Origin: an uncultured Candidatus Poseidoniales archaeon
Lineage (GTDB): Archaea; Thermoplasmatota; Poseidoniia; Poseidoniales; Thalassarchaeaceae
Length of the DNA: 51,292 nucleotides
Assembly: GCA_963990035.1 (NCBI GenBank)
Contig: CAXDMJ010000006.1
Coordinates: 1 to 51,292, forward strand
Direction of reading: 5' to 3'
Under the pieces are notes generated by a model. That model did no database searches. It saw only the letters and a program-made list of their open reading frames with translations, and had not been told where the DNA came from. Made by a program: the position numbers and the translations under genes. The first letter of the stretch is position 1, and every line of letters starts with the position of its first letter. Shown piece by piece: positions 1-9,375 of this stretch.

Positions 1-1
1 G

Positions 2-85
2 ATTGTTGATGAAAATCTCGAAGAGACTGTTATAATTCCTGATATAAGCACTGAACTAAAAGAAGCTGAATGGTGGAAAGAGTAG
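2..85 (+). CDS. 3' end of a CDS truncated by the window edge, product unknown
   Basis: Open frame IVDENLEETVIIPDISTELKEAEWWKE ends at TAG 83-85; hand translated. Confidence 0.5.
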   Translation: MVDENLEETVIIPDISTELKEAEWWKE

Positions 86-157
86 AAGATTTAACGTCAA
101 TAACCTACTACTCAGATTAGTTAAATCCATTTTTAGTCTTAATTTCAATTATTTCGT

Positions 158-343
158 GACGGAACGGCTGAGGGAACTAAGTTAGCTATTGATGCAGTAC
201 CTGGTGAAAATGGCAGTTGGCCATTATGGTTAATCAGCATTGGCGACAAGATCTATTTTACAGCCAATAATGATGAACACGGACGGCAAATGTGGTTCCA
301 TTGGGATAATCCTGGTCCATTAGTTGTAGTTAATTCGGTATAG
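158..343 (+). pseudogene. Start-less fragment of an ELWxxDGT-repeat (beta-propeller) protein
   Basis: Hand translation DGTAEGTKLAIDAVPGENGSWPLWLISIGDKIYFTANNDEHGRQMW... matches one ELWxxDGT repeat unit. In-frame TAA at 140-142 and no start codon before the repeat. Confidence 0.65.
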
Positions 344-406
344 AATTTCCTATCCTGCAGAATTCTTATTAAATGAATACTACTCAGTTAATTGAGATTG
401 ACTGGC

Positions 407-781
407 ATGGATGTAGACTTACAAAAAGAATTAACTTGGGCATTTGGAGCATTAGCGACTTTCATCGTATTTTTATTATTAGGAGGAATCACTGAAGTTA
501 CAGAAATTGCAATAACAGTGGGTGCTTTTGTATTAAGTTGGACTGTGATGAGTTATTTTATCAAAAATTTTGGTTCAGGAGGTACTTCGAAACAAGAATT
601 AGAAAATGAATTCAAATGGTATACTGCCATCCTAGTTATATTCATTGCAATTATGACTCTTATTGGGAAAACTGATGGTGAATTAGAATTAACCTCGACA
701 TTATATGGGATATTAGTATTTGGTTTCACATTAATTTGGGTGATTCGTAGTTCTGCAATTAAATATTTTAGTAAATCATAA
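407..781 (+). CDS. Hypothetical membrane protein (about 4 TM)
   Basis: ORF 392..781, ATG at 407 preferred; four hydrophobic segments. Confidence 0.7.
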   Translation: MDVDLQKELTWAFGALATFIVFLLLGGITEVTEIAITVGAFVLSWTVMSYFIKNFGSGGTSKQELENEFKWYTAILVIFIAIMTLIGKTDGELELTSTLYGILVFGFTLIWVIRSSAIKYFSKS

Positions 782-894
782 TTTATTTTCTGATAGATCT
801 CTAATCCTATTATAATATCAAGTCGAACAATTTTTATCTTGAGTTTACTTTTCTATACAGTAAACTTGAATTACAAATCATTGTTGGTAAATAT

Positions 895-1026
895 GTGGAT
901 GATGATATTACGAAGGTTCGTAAAACAGCAATGGGCTTGGCAATAGCCATCACAGCAATAGCTGTTATTTTAGCAGTCGTAGTCATAATGACTTTCTCAC
1001 TAATGGTATATGCCATTAATGGATGA
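895..1026 (+). CDS. Small single-pass membrane protein (43 aa)
   Basis: GTG start; MDDDITKVRKTAMGLAIAITAIAVILAVVVIMTFSLMVYAING; charged N-terminus followed by a long hydrophobic helix. Not in the ORF track. Confidence 0.55.
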   Translation: MDDDITKVRKTAMGLAIAITAIAVILAVVVIMTFSLMVYAING

Positions 1027-1039
1027 TAGTGGTTTTTAT

Positions 1040-1129
1040 TTATCCTAATATGGGTGATATAGTCATCACTGTAATAGCGAATAATGCGTAACCACCAATA
1101 AGGAAAGTAAGTATTTGTCCTGAGTTCAT
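1040..1129 (-). CDS. Small hydrophobic peptide (29 aa)
   Basis: MNSGQILTFLIGGYALFAITVMTISPILG; converges on 895..1026 without overlap. Not in the ORF track. Confidence 0.4.
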   Translation of the reverse strand: MNSGQILTFLIGGYALFAITVMTISPILG

Positions 1130-1255
1130 GTTGTGAGGGATGCATGTTCACTAATGAAGAAGTGTTTCATTTTCTCTTCCCACCATAAGTAACTTTGTAT
1201 CTCTGCACATCATAATTGACATTAAGATAACTAAAAATAATAATTATTTTGTCGA

Positions 1256-1486
1256 ATGAATATGCTTACCGGAACTTGTCCCAAGTGTGGAGGGGATAAT
1301 TTGGAAGGACCTGAGAACTTTCGTAATTTTGGAATTAATAAAATTTCCTGCAATCATTGTAGATATACAGAATTATATGGATTAGATAGTAATGAGAGCG
1401 TTGTTTACAAAAGAAAAATAGCATTTATATGGTTAATCTGTGTTATATTACCCATTACAGTATCGTTGTATTTTTGGTTGAGTTGA
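1256..1486 (+). CDS. Zinc-ribbon protein with a C-terminal membrane anchor
   Basis: CPKC...CNHC...YTELY motif followed by a hydrophobic C-terminal helix. Confidence 0.65.
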   Translation: MNMLTGTCPKCGGDNLEGPENFRNFGINKISCNHCRYTELYGLDSNESVVYKRKIAFIWLICVILPITVSLYFWLS

Positions 1487-1487
1487 A

Positions 1488-2141
1488 ATGATGTTAGTAA
1501 AAGAGTCTATTATATCGACGTTAGTTAATACAAGAAGTATCCATATTCTTGGTGCTGGATTGAATAAAGAGCGAACTGCACATACAGCTGTTGGGGAATT
1601 ATCTCTAAGAGGATGGCGAATTATTCCAATCCATCCTCGTGATGCCGGGGCTACGATATCTGGAATTCCGATTAGACCTAATATTGAGGAAGGCGTTGAA
1701 CTAGAGATCATTGTTCTTTTTCTAGCGCCAGAACGCGCTCGTAATGTAGTTAGAGAATTACTTCTCAGAGAATTAGAAACACCACCTATAGTTTGGTTTC
1801 AACCAGGAGCTGAAGATGAAATCGCTATTTCTTGGTTGAATGAGGCAGGATGGTCGTTCGTTTTCGATGATTGTATAGTTCGATTTACTGAAAGAAATGA
1901 TTTAGTCCATCCTCCAACAATTGTACCTTGGTTTCGACAAGTACAGGATAGTGATGATTCAGGATGCTCAGTTTGGTCAGTTCACGAATATCAGGAAGAA
2001 TCCATATTACCTAGCACTGACTTAGAGTGGGTTGGTGACTTGATAGATCTAGAACTTTCTGACCACCTAGTAGCAAAATATATCAGAAGTTTAGTCGAAG
2101 AGAGAGAAGACCTCGAGAATTGTGGACGGAGATTAGCATAA
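1488..2141 (+). CDS. CoA-binding protein (YccU-like) with a C-terminal extension
   Basis: SIHILGAG, IIPIHP, VWFQPGAE and DDCI motifs of the CoA_binding_2 family. Confidence 0.8.
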   Translation: MMLVKESIISTLVNTRSIHILGAGLNKERTAHTAVGELSLRGWRIIPIHPRDAGATISGIPIRPNIEEGVELEIIVLFLAPERARNVVRELLLRELETPPIVWFQPGAEDEIAISWLNEAGWSFVFDDCIVRFTERNDLVHPPTIVPWFRQVQDSDDSGCSVWSVHEYQEESILPSTDLEWVGDLIDLELSDHLVAKYIRSLVEEREDLENCGRRLA

Positions 2142-2214
2142 TCATAGTTTATTTTTGTTTTCATAACTAATTATTGATAGATACAACGAAAAAGAGATTT
2201 GATTCAGCAAAGTT

Positions 2215-3129
2215 ATGGCTTACACTGAGGTCTCATTCGATGAAGCTTCAGAAGTAATTATTTCTGCTGGATTCTCTGATTTAATTAGTTTAGAAAAGTT
2301 AGCAGGTGGTTGGGCTAATTCAAACTACATATTAAATTTAAAAAATAATGAAAAACTTGTGCTTAAGATATGGAATGAACAAACTCTTCAAGAAGTAGAC
2401 TATCTTCTTTCAATGACTACCTATTTATCTGATATGGGAGTTCCAACTCCTGCCCCTATTCGCTTCAATAATGGGACATTAATGACTGTTAGAGATGAAC
2501 TTGCCTGGACTCTATTGCCTTTTATTGAAGGAGATTGGTTAGAACCTAACCATTCCTCCTTGTACGATCTAGGAACTATACAAGCCAGTTTACACATGAC
2601 TACTCCTCATAGAGACTTAAAGTCAAATTTTTCTATGGGGAATATATTATTTGAGAAGTTATTTGCAATGGCTGATGCAAATAATCAATGGACTAATTTT
2701 TTGGATATGTTGAAAATTGAGAACTCCGAAATAAGAGAAAATATCAAAGATCTCCCTAAGGGGGTAATACATGGCGATTTATTTCCAGATAATGTTTTAG
2801 GAAACAAAGATAAAGTTTGGGCTATACTTGATTTCGAAGAAATTTGCTTTGATATTTTAGCATTTGATTTAGTAATGACTTTTGTCGGTTTTGGTTGGGA
2901 GAATGGAGAGCCCATAACAGAGCGTTGGCAAGCATTACTGGATGGCTATCAATCTGTAAGGAAATTAAGTGATGTTGAAATCAATGCCTTACCTCACTTA
3001 CATCGTCTAGCGACCCTATCAATAGCGGCATGGCGTTATTGGCAATTTGTAATAAATTTACCAAATACTGAACATACTGATAGATATCTTGAAATGACTC
3101 AGAGACTTGATAAGAAATTACCTTTCTAA
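2215..3129 (+). CDS. Type II homoserine kinase / APH-family phosphotransferase
   Basis: GxxNSNY, LPKGVIHGDLFPDNV and ILDFE motifs. Confidence 0.75.
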   Translation: MAYTEVSFDEASEVIISAGFSDLISLEKLAGGWANSNYILNLKNNEKLVLKIWNEQTLQEVDYLLSMTTYLSDMGVPTPAPIRFNNGTLMTVRDELAWTLLPFIEGDWLEPNHSSLYDLGTIQASLHMTTPHRDLKSNFSMGNILFEKLFAMADANNQWTNFLDMLKIENSEIRENIKDLPKGVIHGDLFPDNVLGNKDKVWAILDFEEICFDILAFDLVMTFVGFGWENGEPITERWQALLDGYQSVRKLSDVEINALPHLHRLATLSIAAWRYWQFVINLPNTEHTDRYLEMTQRLDKKLPF

Positions 3130-3261
3130 CTTGTTCTAAATTCAGATATTAATATGAATATTAGTGTTATAATAATTACTTAGTGTAGTAAATACAATTA
3201 ACAGTAATTTACAAAAGTGAGTGTCAATTTTACCATTCAGTGTAATTATTTCCACTTTCGG

Positions 3262-3268
3262 TTTAATA
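3262..3268 (+). promoter_or_regulatory. Candidate TATA box for a leaderless beta-oxidation operon transcript
   Basis: TTTAATA ends 24 nt before ATG 3292, and there is no SD motif in between. Confidence 0.4.
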
Positions 3269-3291
3269 GCCCATACCCCCTTGGCCATACT

Positions 3292-4425
3292 ATGAAAGCT
3301 GTGGTTGTCGGATATTCCCGTTCCCCTTTCACTCCCGCTAAGAGGGGTGAACTCGCCAAAACAAGACCTGATGATATAGCTGCTACTGTAGTTAATGGGC
3401 TCCTTAAAAAGACTGGAATTGACCCCTCACTTATTGAAGATTTGATTGTTGGAACCGCCTTTCCAGAAGCTGAACAAGGTTTCAATATGGCACGAATGGT
3501 TACTTTCCTTAGTGATTTACCAGAGACTGTTCCTGGCGTCACAATAAACCGATTCTGTGGATCTTCTATGCAGGCCATACACGACGCTGTTGGTCGAATT
3601 TCAATGGGTGCAGGTGATGCATTTATTGCAGGAGGGGTCGAATCAATGAGTCGAATACCAATGACTGGATTCAATCCTATGCCTAATCCAAAACTTAGTC
3701 TAGAATTTCCTGAAGCATTTACATCAATGGGTGTAACTGCAGAAAATCTTGCTCAAATGTATTCTATCGGTCGCGAAGAACAAGAGAAATTTGCTATTGA
3801 AAGTCAACGAAGAGCTACTAAATTTAGAGAATCTGGTGCATTTAAGGACGAAATAGTGGTCATAGAAACAACAACAGGTGTTGTTGATTCTGACGGTTGT
3901 CTCCGTCCCGAAACAGATTCTGCAGCACTTTCCAATCTAAGTCCTGCCTTCGATATTAATGGCACCGTTACTGCAGGTACCGCCTCACCATTAACTGATG
4001 GTGCCGCCTTCGTCCTAGTTTGTTCTGAACATTTTGCCGAAGAGAATGGGCTAACACCATTGGCCAGAATTTTGAGTACTGCTGTAACTGCTTGTTCTCC
4101 GGAAATCATGGGTATTGGTCCAGTTGAAGCTACACGTAAAGCATTAAAGAGAGCTGGAATATCACTAGATGAAATTGGAATTATTGAATTAAATGAAGCC
4201 TTTGCAGCTCAATCACTTGCCGTTATTAGTGAGTTGAAAATGGATAAATCGAAAGTCAATATTGAAGGTGGAGCTATAGCATTAGGTCATCCGCTAGGTG
4301 CAAGTGGTGCTAGAATTACTGGTAAAGCAGCACAATTAATGAGTAATAATGACGAAAAATATGCACTCGCAACAATGTGCATAGGCGGTGGACAAGGAAT
4401 TGCCACAATTTTAGAAAGAATCTAG
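3292..4425 (+). CDS. fadA: Acetyl-CoA C-acyltransferase (thiolase)
   Basis: NRFCGSS, NEAFA, GHPLGASG and CIGGGQG thiolase motifs; start moved to ATG 3292. Confidence 0.95.
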   Translation: MKAVVVGYSRSPFTPAKRGELAKTRPDDIAATVVNGLLKKTGIDPSLIEDLIVGTAFPEAEQGFNMARMVTFLSDLPETVPGVTINRFCGSSMQAIHDAVGRISMGAGDAFIAGGVESMSRIPMTGFNPMPNPKLSLEFPEAFTSMGVTAENLAQMYSIGREEQEKFAIESQRRATKFRESGAFKDEIVVIETTTGVVDSDGCLRPETDSAALSNLSPAFDINGTVTAGTASPLTDGAAFVLVCSEHFAEENGLTPLARILSTAVTACSPEIMGIGPVEATRKALKRAGISLDEIGIIELNEAFAAQSLAVISELKMDKSKVNIEGGAIALGHPLGASGARITGKAAQLMSNNDEKYALATMCIGGGQGIATILERI

Positions 4426-4436
4426 GAGTTCAATAT

Positions 4437-6776
4437 ATGTCTCAGACAATAAAAAAAGTAGCCGTCATTGGAAGCGGAGTTATGGGTGCTGGTATAGCCG
4501 CTCACTGCGCAAATGCTGGATGCGAGGTTCTCCTGCTAGACATTGTTCCTGAAGATTCATCTGATCGAAATATTGTTGCTAAGGGTGCAATTAAGAAGAT
4601 GCTTAAATCAAATCCCGAAATGCTTACACTAAAGAGAAATGCTAAATTAATTTCTCCTGGGAATATTGATGATGACCTTGCACAATTAAAAGACTTTGAC
4701 TGGGTAATCGAAGTGATAGTTGAAAATCTTCAAATCAAAAGAAATTTATATAAAAATCTTGCAAAAAATATAGGACCGGATACTATATTATCTTCTAATA
4801 CCTCTACAATACCACGTTCAGAACTTATTGCTGATATGTCACCAGATTTATCTTCCAGATTCTTAATTACACATTTCTTTAATCCTCCAAGATATCTCCC
4901 TTTACTAGAAGTTGTCAGTTCAACTGATGTTGCTGAGGGAGTTTTACAGAGATTCTGTTCATTTGCTGATATTGAACTTGGTAAGAGGGTGATCATCTGT
5001 AATGACAGTCCAGGGTTCATTGGTAATAGACTTGGAATTTACTTTATTCAAAGAGCATTTAAAGCAACTATAGATCATGAATTATCGGTCGAAGAAGCTG
5101 ATGCTATGCTTGGCAGACCTATTGGTTTACCCAAGACTGCTGTATTTGGATTGATGGATTTAGTTGGAATTGATTTAATACCGCATGTTACGGAAAGTCT
5201 TGTATCTAATCTCCCTACTAATGACCCATTTCATCAGATAGCGGGTGCGGGTAAAGAATCTGTCATTTCGATGATTAAGGATGGTTACACTGGCCGTAAA
5301 GGAAAAGGTGGTTTTTATCGACTTAACAAAGATGATGGCAATAAGGTAAAGGAAGCTAGAAACTTGGTAACTGGAACATACCAAACTGCAAATCGCAGAG
5401 CGGGTTTCCCTTCAGCCAAGATGGGGAAACGTGGGCTTTCATCTATAATGGATTGTAATGACAAAGGTGCTGAATTTGTTACAGATGTATTACTGGACTC
5501 ACTATCTTATGCAGCCTATATAGTCCCTGAAGTTAGTGATGATATTTATGCAATTGATGGGGCTATGAAAGTTGGGTATAACTGGAAAAATGGGCCGTTC
5601 GAAATGATGGATGCAATAGGTGCTAAATCCATGGTTAAAAGACTTCAAGATTCTAATAGATTAGTTCCACCTTTCTTGGCTCTTGCAGCAGAAAGAGGTT
5701 CATTCTACAATATTCAATCTGGTGAAATCACAAGACTTTCTCCAAATGGTGAAATGATAATTGTTGAAAGATCAGGAGATTATCTTACCGTAGCCGATTT
5801 GAAACGTCGTGGAAAACCATTGAAGAGAAATGGTTCTGCTAGTATATGGGATATGGGTGAACAAGTTTTACTTGTTGAATACCACACGAAAATGAATGCG
5901 ATGGATCCGATGAATATGGAAATGCTTCTGAATGCAGTTGACATGGCTGAATCGGGTAATTGGAAAGGAGTTGTGGTAGGTAATGATGCTACGAATTTTT
6001 GTGCAGGTGCAAATCTTGGGTTAGCTTTGTTCGCAGCTAATTTAGCTGCATGGAAAGATTTGGACGATTTTATTGCTTTAGGACAAGATACCTATCAAAC
6101 ATTGAAGTACTCTGAGGTTCCAATTGTGGCTGCCTCAGCAGGCCTCTGTTTGGGTGGTGGTGCTGAAGTACTGATGCATTGTGATGCTGTCCAAGCACAT
6201 TCAGAATCGTATGTAGGACTAGTCGAAGTAGGTGTTGGAATTATTCCCGCTTGGGGAGGTTGTAAGGAATACTTAGGGCGAGTCGAAGAGTTTGGTCTAG
6301 CACCAAATGGACCCATGGGTGCAGTAATGAAAGCATTCGAAGTAATTGGTACTGCCCAAGTGGCAAAGTCAGCAGAACAAGCTCGATCTATGGGTTTTTT
6401 GAGTCCAAGTGATGGCATTACTATGAATAGAGATAGGCTACTATCTGATGCCAAAAAGTTACTAATTGAGATTTCTGTGGGATATACACCTCCGGAACCC
6501 AGGACTTATTCATTACCTGGTAAATCAGGTAAGGCTGCGTTGCAATTAGCAGTTAATGATCTAGCCTTAGCAGGTAAAGTCACACCTCATGATATCATCG
6601 TCACTAATGCATTAGCAGAGATATTGACAGGGGGAGATACTGATATTACTGAGTTATTAGAAGAGGATGATATTCTATCCATGGAGAGGGATACAATATC
6701 AATACTAGCGAAGAATACAGATACATTAGATCGAATGCAGCATATGCTGGAGAAAGGTAAACCTCTGAGGAATTAA
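4437..6776 (+). CDS. 3-hydroxyacyl-CoA dehydrogenase/enoyl-CoA hydratase (FadN-type domain order)
   Basis: GSGVMG Rossmann motif, SNTS, HFFNPP and PGFIGNR; C-terminal crotonase domain (FCAGAN, GGGAE, GLVEVGVG); AGGAG RBS upstream of 4437. Confidence 0.93.
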   Translation: MSQTIKKVAVIGSGVMGAGIAAHCANAGCEVLLLDIVPEDSSDRNIVAKGAIKKMLKSNPEMLTLKRNAKLISPGNIDDDLAQLKDFDWVIEVIVENLQIKRNLYKNLAKNIGPDTILSSNTSTIPRSELIADMSPDLSSRFLITHFFNPPRYLPLLEVVSSTDVAEGVLQRFCSFADIELGKRVIICNDSPGFIGNRLGIYFIQRAFKATIDHELSVEEADAMLGRPIGLPKTAVFGLMDLVGIDLIPHVTESLVSNLPTNDPFHQIAGAGKESVISMIKDGYTGRKGKGGFYRLNKDDGNKVKEARNLVTGTYQTANRRAGFPSAKMGKRGLSSIMDCNDKGAEFVTDVLLDSLSYAAYIVPEVSDDIYAIDGAMKVGYNWKNGPFEMMDAIGAKSMVKRLQDSNRLVPPFLALAAERGSFYNIQSGEITRLSPNGEMIIVERSGDYLTVADLKRRGKPLKRNGSASIWDMGEQVLLVEYHTKMNAMDPMNMEMLLNAVDMAESGNWKGVVVGNDATNFCAGANLGLALFAANLAAWKDLDDFIALGQDTYQTLKYSEVPIVAASAGLCLGGGAEVLMHCDAVQAHSESYVGLVEVGVGIIPAWGGCKEYLGRVEEFGLAPNGPMGAVMKAFEVIGTAQVAKSAEQARSMGFLSPSDGITMNRDRLLSDAKKLLIEISVGYTPPEPRTYSLPGKSGKAALQLAVNDLALAGKVTPHDIIVTNALAEILTGGDTDITELLEEDDILSMERDTISILAKNTDTLDRMQHMLEKGKPLRN

Positions 6777-6785
6777 GGTGAGAAT

Positions 6786-8591
6786 ATGGTAGATTACAAT
6801 GCACCCAAAAAAGATTATGATTTCCTATTGAATGAAGTATTAGATGCAATTCCAATTGTGCAGAGGTTAGGATATTCTGAATTTGACAAAGATTTTCTGT
6901 CTATGCTCACTGAAGGTTGGGGGGAACATGTAAAGGAAGTATGGCTGCCAATCAATCAATTAGGAGACAGAGTAGGATTGAATTATAATGATGGTAAAAT
7001 ATCAATGCCTGAAGAATTCAAAAAAGCATACAAAGAAAGTTCTGAAGCCGGTTGGTTATCCACTGCATGTAAACCTGAACATGGAGGAATGGGAGTGCCA
7101 ATTTTCTTCCAATCTGTTATTTGGGCCGAATTCGGTACTTCAGCAAATATGGCATTAAGCGTCCTCCCCGCTCTTACCGTAGGTGTTTACGAGGTTTTAG
7201 TAGAACATGGTAAAAAAGAGTTAATTGATTATTTTGCTAAAAATATTGCTTCAGGAAAATGGTCTGGGACAATGTGTCTGACAGAACCGCATGCTGGTAC
7301 TGATTTAGGCATGATATCTACCAAAGCAGTACCGCAGAATGATGGGTCATACCATCTGAGTGGGACTAAGATATTCATCACATATGGTGAGCACGATATG
7401 ACAGAAAATATTGTCCATCTAGTACTTGCAAAGACTCCAGATGCACCTAAAGGTACCAAAGGCATCTCTCTCTTCCTAGTTCCTAAATTTATGCCTTCAG
7501 GTTGGAATTCTGAAGGTCTTTCAGAAATGACAAGTGATCTTAATTCAGAACATAATGGAGTCACCTGTTCAGGAAGTGAAGAAAAGATGGGAGTTCATGC
7601 ATCCCCTACTTGTGTTATGAATTTCAACCAAAGTATCGGATGGAGAGTCGGGGATCTATATTCAGGAATGCCTCTAATGTTTGAAATGATGAATAGAGAA
7701 AGGTTAGCAACTGGGATGATGGGGATTGGGCTTGCCGAAATAGCATATCAAAATGCTCTATCCTGGGCTAAGGAAAGACGCCAAGGAAGAGATCTCAAGG
7801 GTACACAAGATCCTAATGAAGCTGCAGATAATATCCTTGTTCATCCCGATGTTCGCCGAATGTTGTTGGAGGCTAAGGTCAACAATGAAGGTTGTCGGGC
7901 ACTAGCAGCATGGACTGGAATTCTCCTCGATCAATCACACAGTGATGATCCTGAAGAAGCAGAAATGGCTACCGCATTAGTTGCTTTATTTACACCAATT
8001 GTAAAAGCACATTTCACAGATCTTGGTTGTGAAACTGTAAGTACTTGTATGCAAGTAATGGGAGGTGCGGGATATTGTTCTGAATATGGTGTAGAACAAT
8101 TTTATCGAGATGTCAGGATTTCTAAGATATGGGAAGGAACAAACGGGATTCAAGCATTGGACTTAGCAGGCCGAAAAGTCACTCAAAATCTAGGTAAAAA
8201 TCTGAGGCATATTATGTGGCCTCTAACTGACTTTATTAATGAAAATAAAAATGATTCACAGATGGCTGAATTCAATAAACCACTCCATCAAGGTGTTCGT
8301 GGTCTGCAGCAATTAACGCTGCTAATGATCGCAGAGGGGCAGTCTAATCCTCACTTCCTCGCTGCAGGTGCTACTGACTATTGTAGATATTTCAGTAACG
8401 TATTAATTGCGTATATGTGGGCTAGAATTGCTAAAGTATCTCTACTAAAAAAAGGTGAACCATTTTATGATGCTAAATTAGCTAGTGCACGATTCTTTTT
8501 CAAAAAAATATTCCCTGAAACAGTTGGTCTCGCAGCAAAAATTCAAGCTGGACATAATACACTAATGGACTATCCTTTGGAGATGATGTGA
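6786..8591 (+). CDS. Acyl-CoA dehydrogenase
   Basis: MCLTEPHAGTD, GTKIFIT, EEKMG, GGAGY and IWEGTNGIQ motifs; AGGTGA RBS. Confidence 0.95.
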   Translation: MVDYNAPKKDYDFLLNEVLDAIPIVQRLGYSEFDKDFLSMLTEGWGEHVKEVWLPINQLGDRVGLNYNDGKISMPEEFKKAYKESSEAGWLSTACKPEHGGMGVPIFFQSVIWAEFGTSANMALSVLPALTVGVYEVLVEHGKKELIDYFAKNIASGKWSGTMCLTEPHAGTDLGMISTKAVPQNDGSYHLSGTKIFITYGEHDMTENIVHLVLAKTPDAPKGTKGISLFLVPKFMPSGWNSEGLSEMTSDLNSEHNGVTCSGSEEKMGVHASPTCVMNFNQSIGWRVGDLYSGMPLMFEMMNRERLATGMMGIGLAEIAYQNALSWAKERRQGRDLKGTQDPNEAADNILVHPDVRRMLLEAKVNNEGCRALAAWTGILLDQSHSDDPEEAEMATALVALFTPIVKAHFTDLGCETVSTCMQVMGGAGYCSEYGVEQFYRDVRISKIWEGTNGIQALDLAGRKVTQNLGKNLRHIMWPLTDFINENKNDSQMAEFNKPLHQGVRGLQQLTLLMIAEGQSNPHFLAAGATDYCRYFSNVLIAYMWARIAKVSLLKKGEPFYDAKLASARFFFKKIFPETVGLAAKIQAGHNTLMDYPLEMM

Positions 8592-8863
8592 TGTCTGTTA
8601 AAATTAGTCAAACACTAAAAATTCGATTCAAAAGGGCTATTAAAAGAGTGCAAAATCTTTCATCAAGGCCATCAAATCAACTTCTTCTCCAACTTTATGC
8701 CCTGTATAAACAGGCCAATGAGGGTGATTGTAATGGTAAGGCTAGCGGTGGTTTGAGGGAAAGAGCAAAATGGAAAGCCTGGAACTCGATTTTAGGTACT
8801 TCCGAATTTGATGCTATGACAAAGTATTGCGAAGTCGTCGATCATTTAGTCCAAGCAGAATAG
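8588..8863 (+). CDS. Acyl-CoA-binding protein (ACBP)
   Basis: LQLYALYKQA.EGD...RAKWKAW...G.S...AM..Y ACBP signature; overlaps the upstream stop. Confidence 0.88.
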   Translation: MMSVKISQTLKIRFKRAIKRVQNLSSRPSNQLLLQLYALYKQANEGDCNGKASGGLRERAKWKAWNSILGTSEFDAMTKYCEVVDHLVQAE

Positions 8864-8871
8864 GTGAGAGG

Positions 8872-9372
8872 ATGCTAATCGATGAAAAAAAATTAGATGC
8901 AGAGTATAAAAGCCTGTTAAATGGTGTTAAATTTAGGGTTTTTACAGCACTTTCTATGCCTACAGCTTGGTTTGCCGGACTCCATATTAAGCAATTAGAT
9001 GATAATATTTGCATATCATCACTTCAAGGAGGTTGGCGTACTCAAAATCCCTTCAAAACCATGTATTGGGCTGTACAAGGAATGGGTGCAGAGCTGAGTA
9101 CAGGTGCTGCCGCATTTGCAATTTCAAAATCTATGACTAAAAAAATAAGGATGTTTGTAGTGGCTACTGAAGCTAAATTTACTAAGGTGGCAAAAGGAAA
9201 GATAATATTCACATGTGATCAAAATTCTTTAGTTAAATCATCTATAGAAGAAAGTATGGTTACTGGTAATTCAGTTGAATGTAAGTTAACTTCAATCGCG
9301 ACAGATTCATCAGGTGACGTCGTATCAGAATGGATATTCACATGGAACTTTTTAGTAATTAGTGGAGAGTGA
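8872..9372 (+). CDS. Hotdog-fold thioesterase-like protein (DUF4442-like)
   Basis: TQNPFKTMYWA...GAELSTG and FTKVAKG.I.F.C motifs; AGGTGA RBS before ATG 8872. Confidence 0.75.
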   Translation: MLIDEKKLDAEYKSLLNGVKFRVFTALSMPTAWFAGLHIKQLDDNICISSLQGGWRTQNPFKTMYWAVQGMGAELSTGAAAFAISKSMTKKIRMFVVATEAKFTKVAKGKIIFTCDQNSLVKSSIEESMVTGNSVECKLTSIATDSSGDVVSEWIFTWNFLVISGE

Positions 9373-9375
9373 AAT

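Noticed and set aside
834-1151. 105-aa minus-strand ORF from the track
   Set aside because: It looks like a shadow of two smaller hydrophobic ORFs in other frames.
3130-3260. AT-rich intergenic region with short TTAGTGT repeats as an operator or replication origin
   Set aside because: The repeats are too short to distinguish from chance in AT-rich DNA, and there are no ORB-like G-strings or cdc6 gene nearby.
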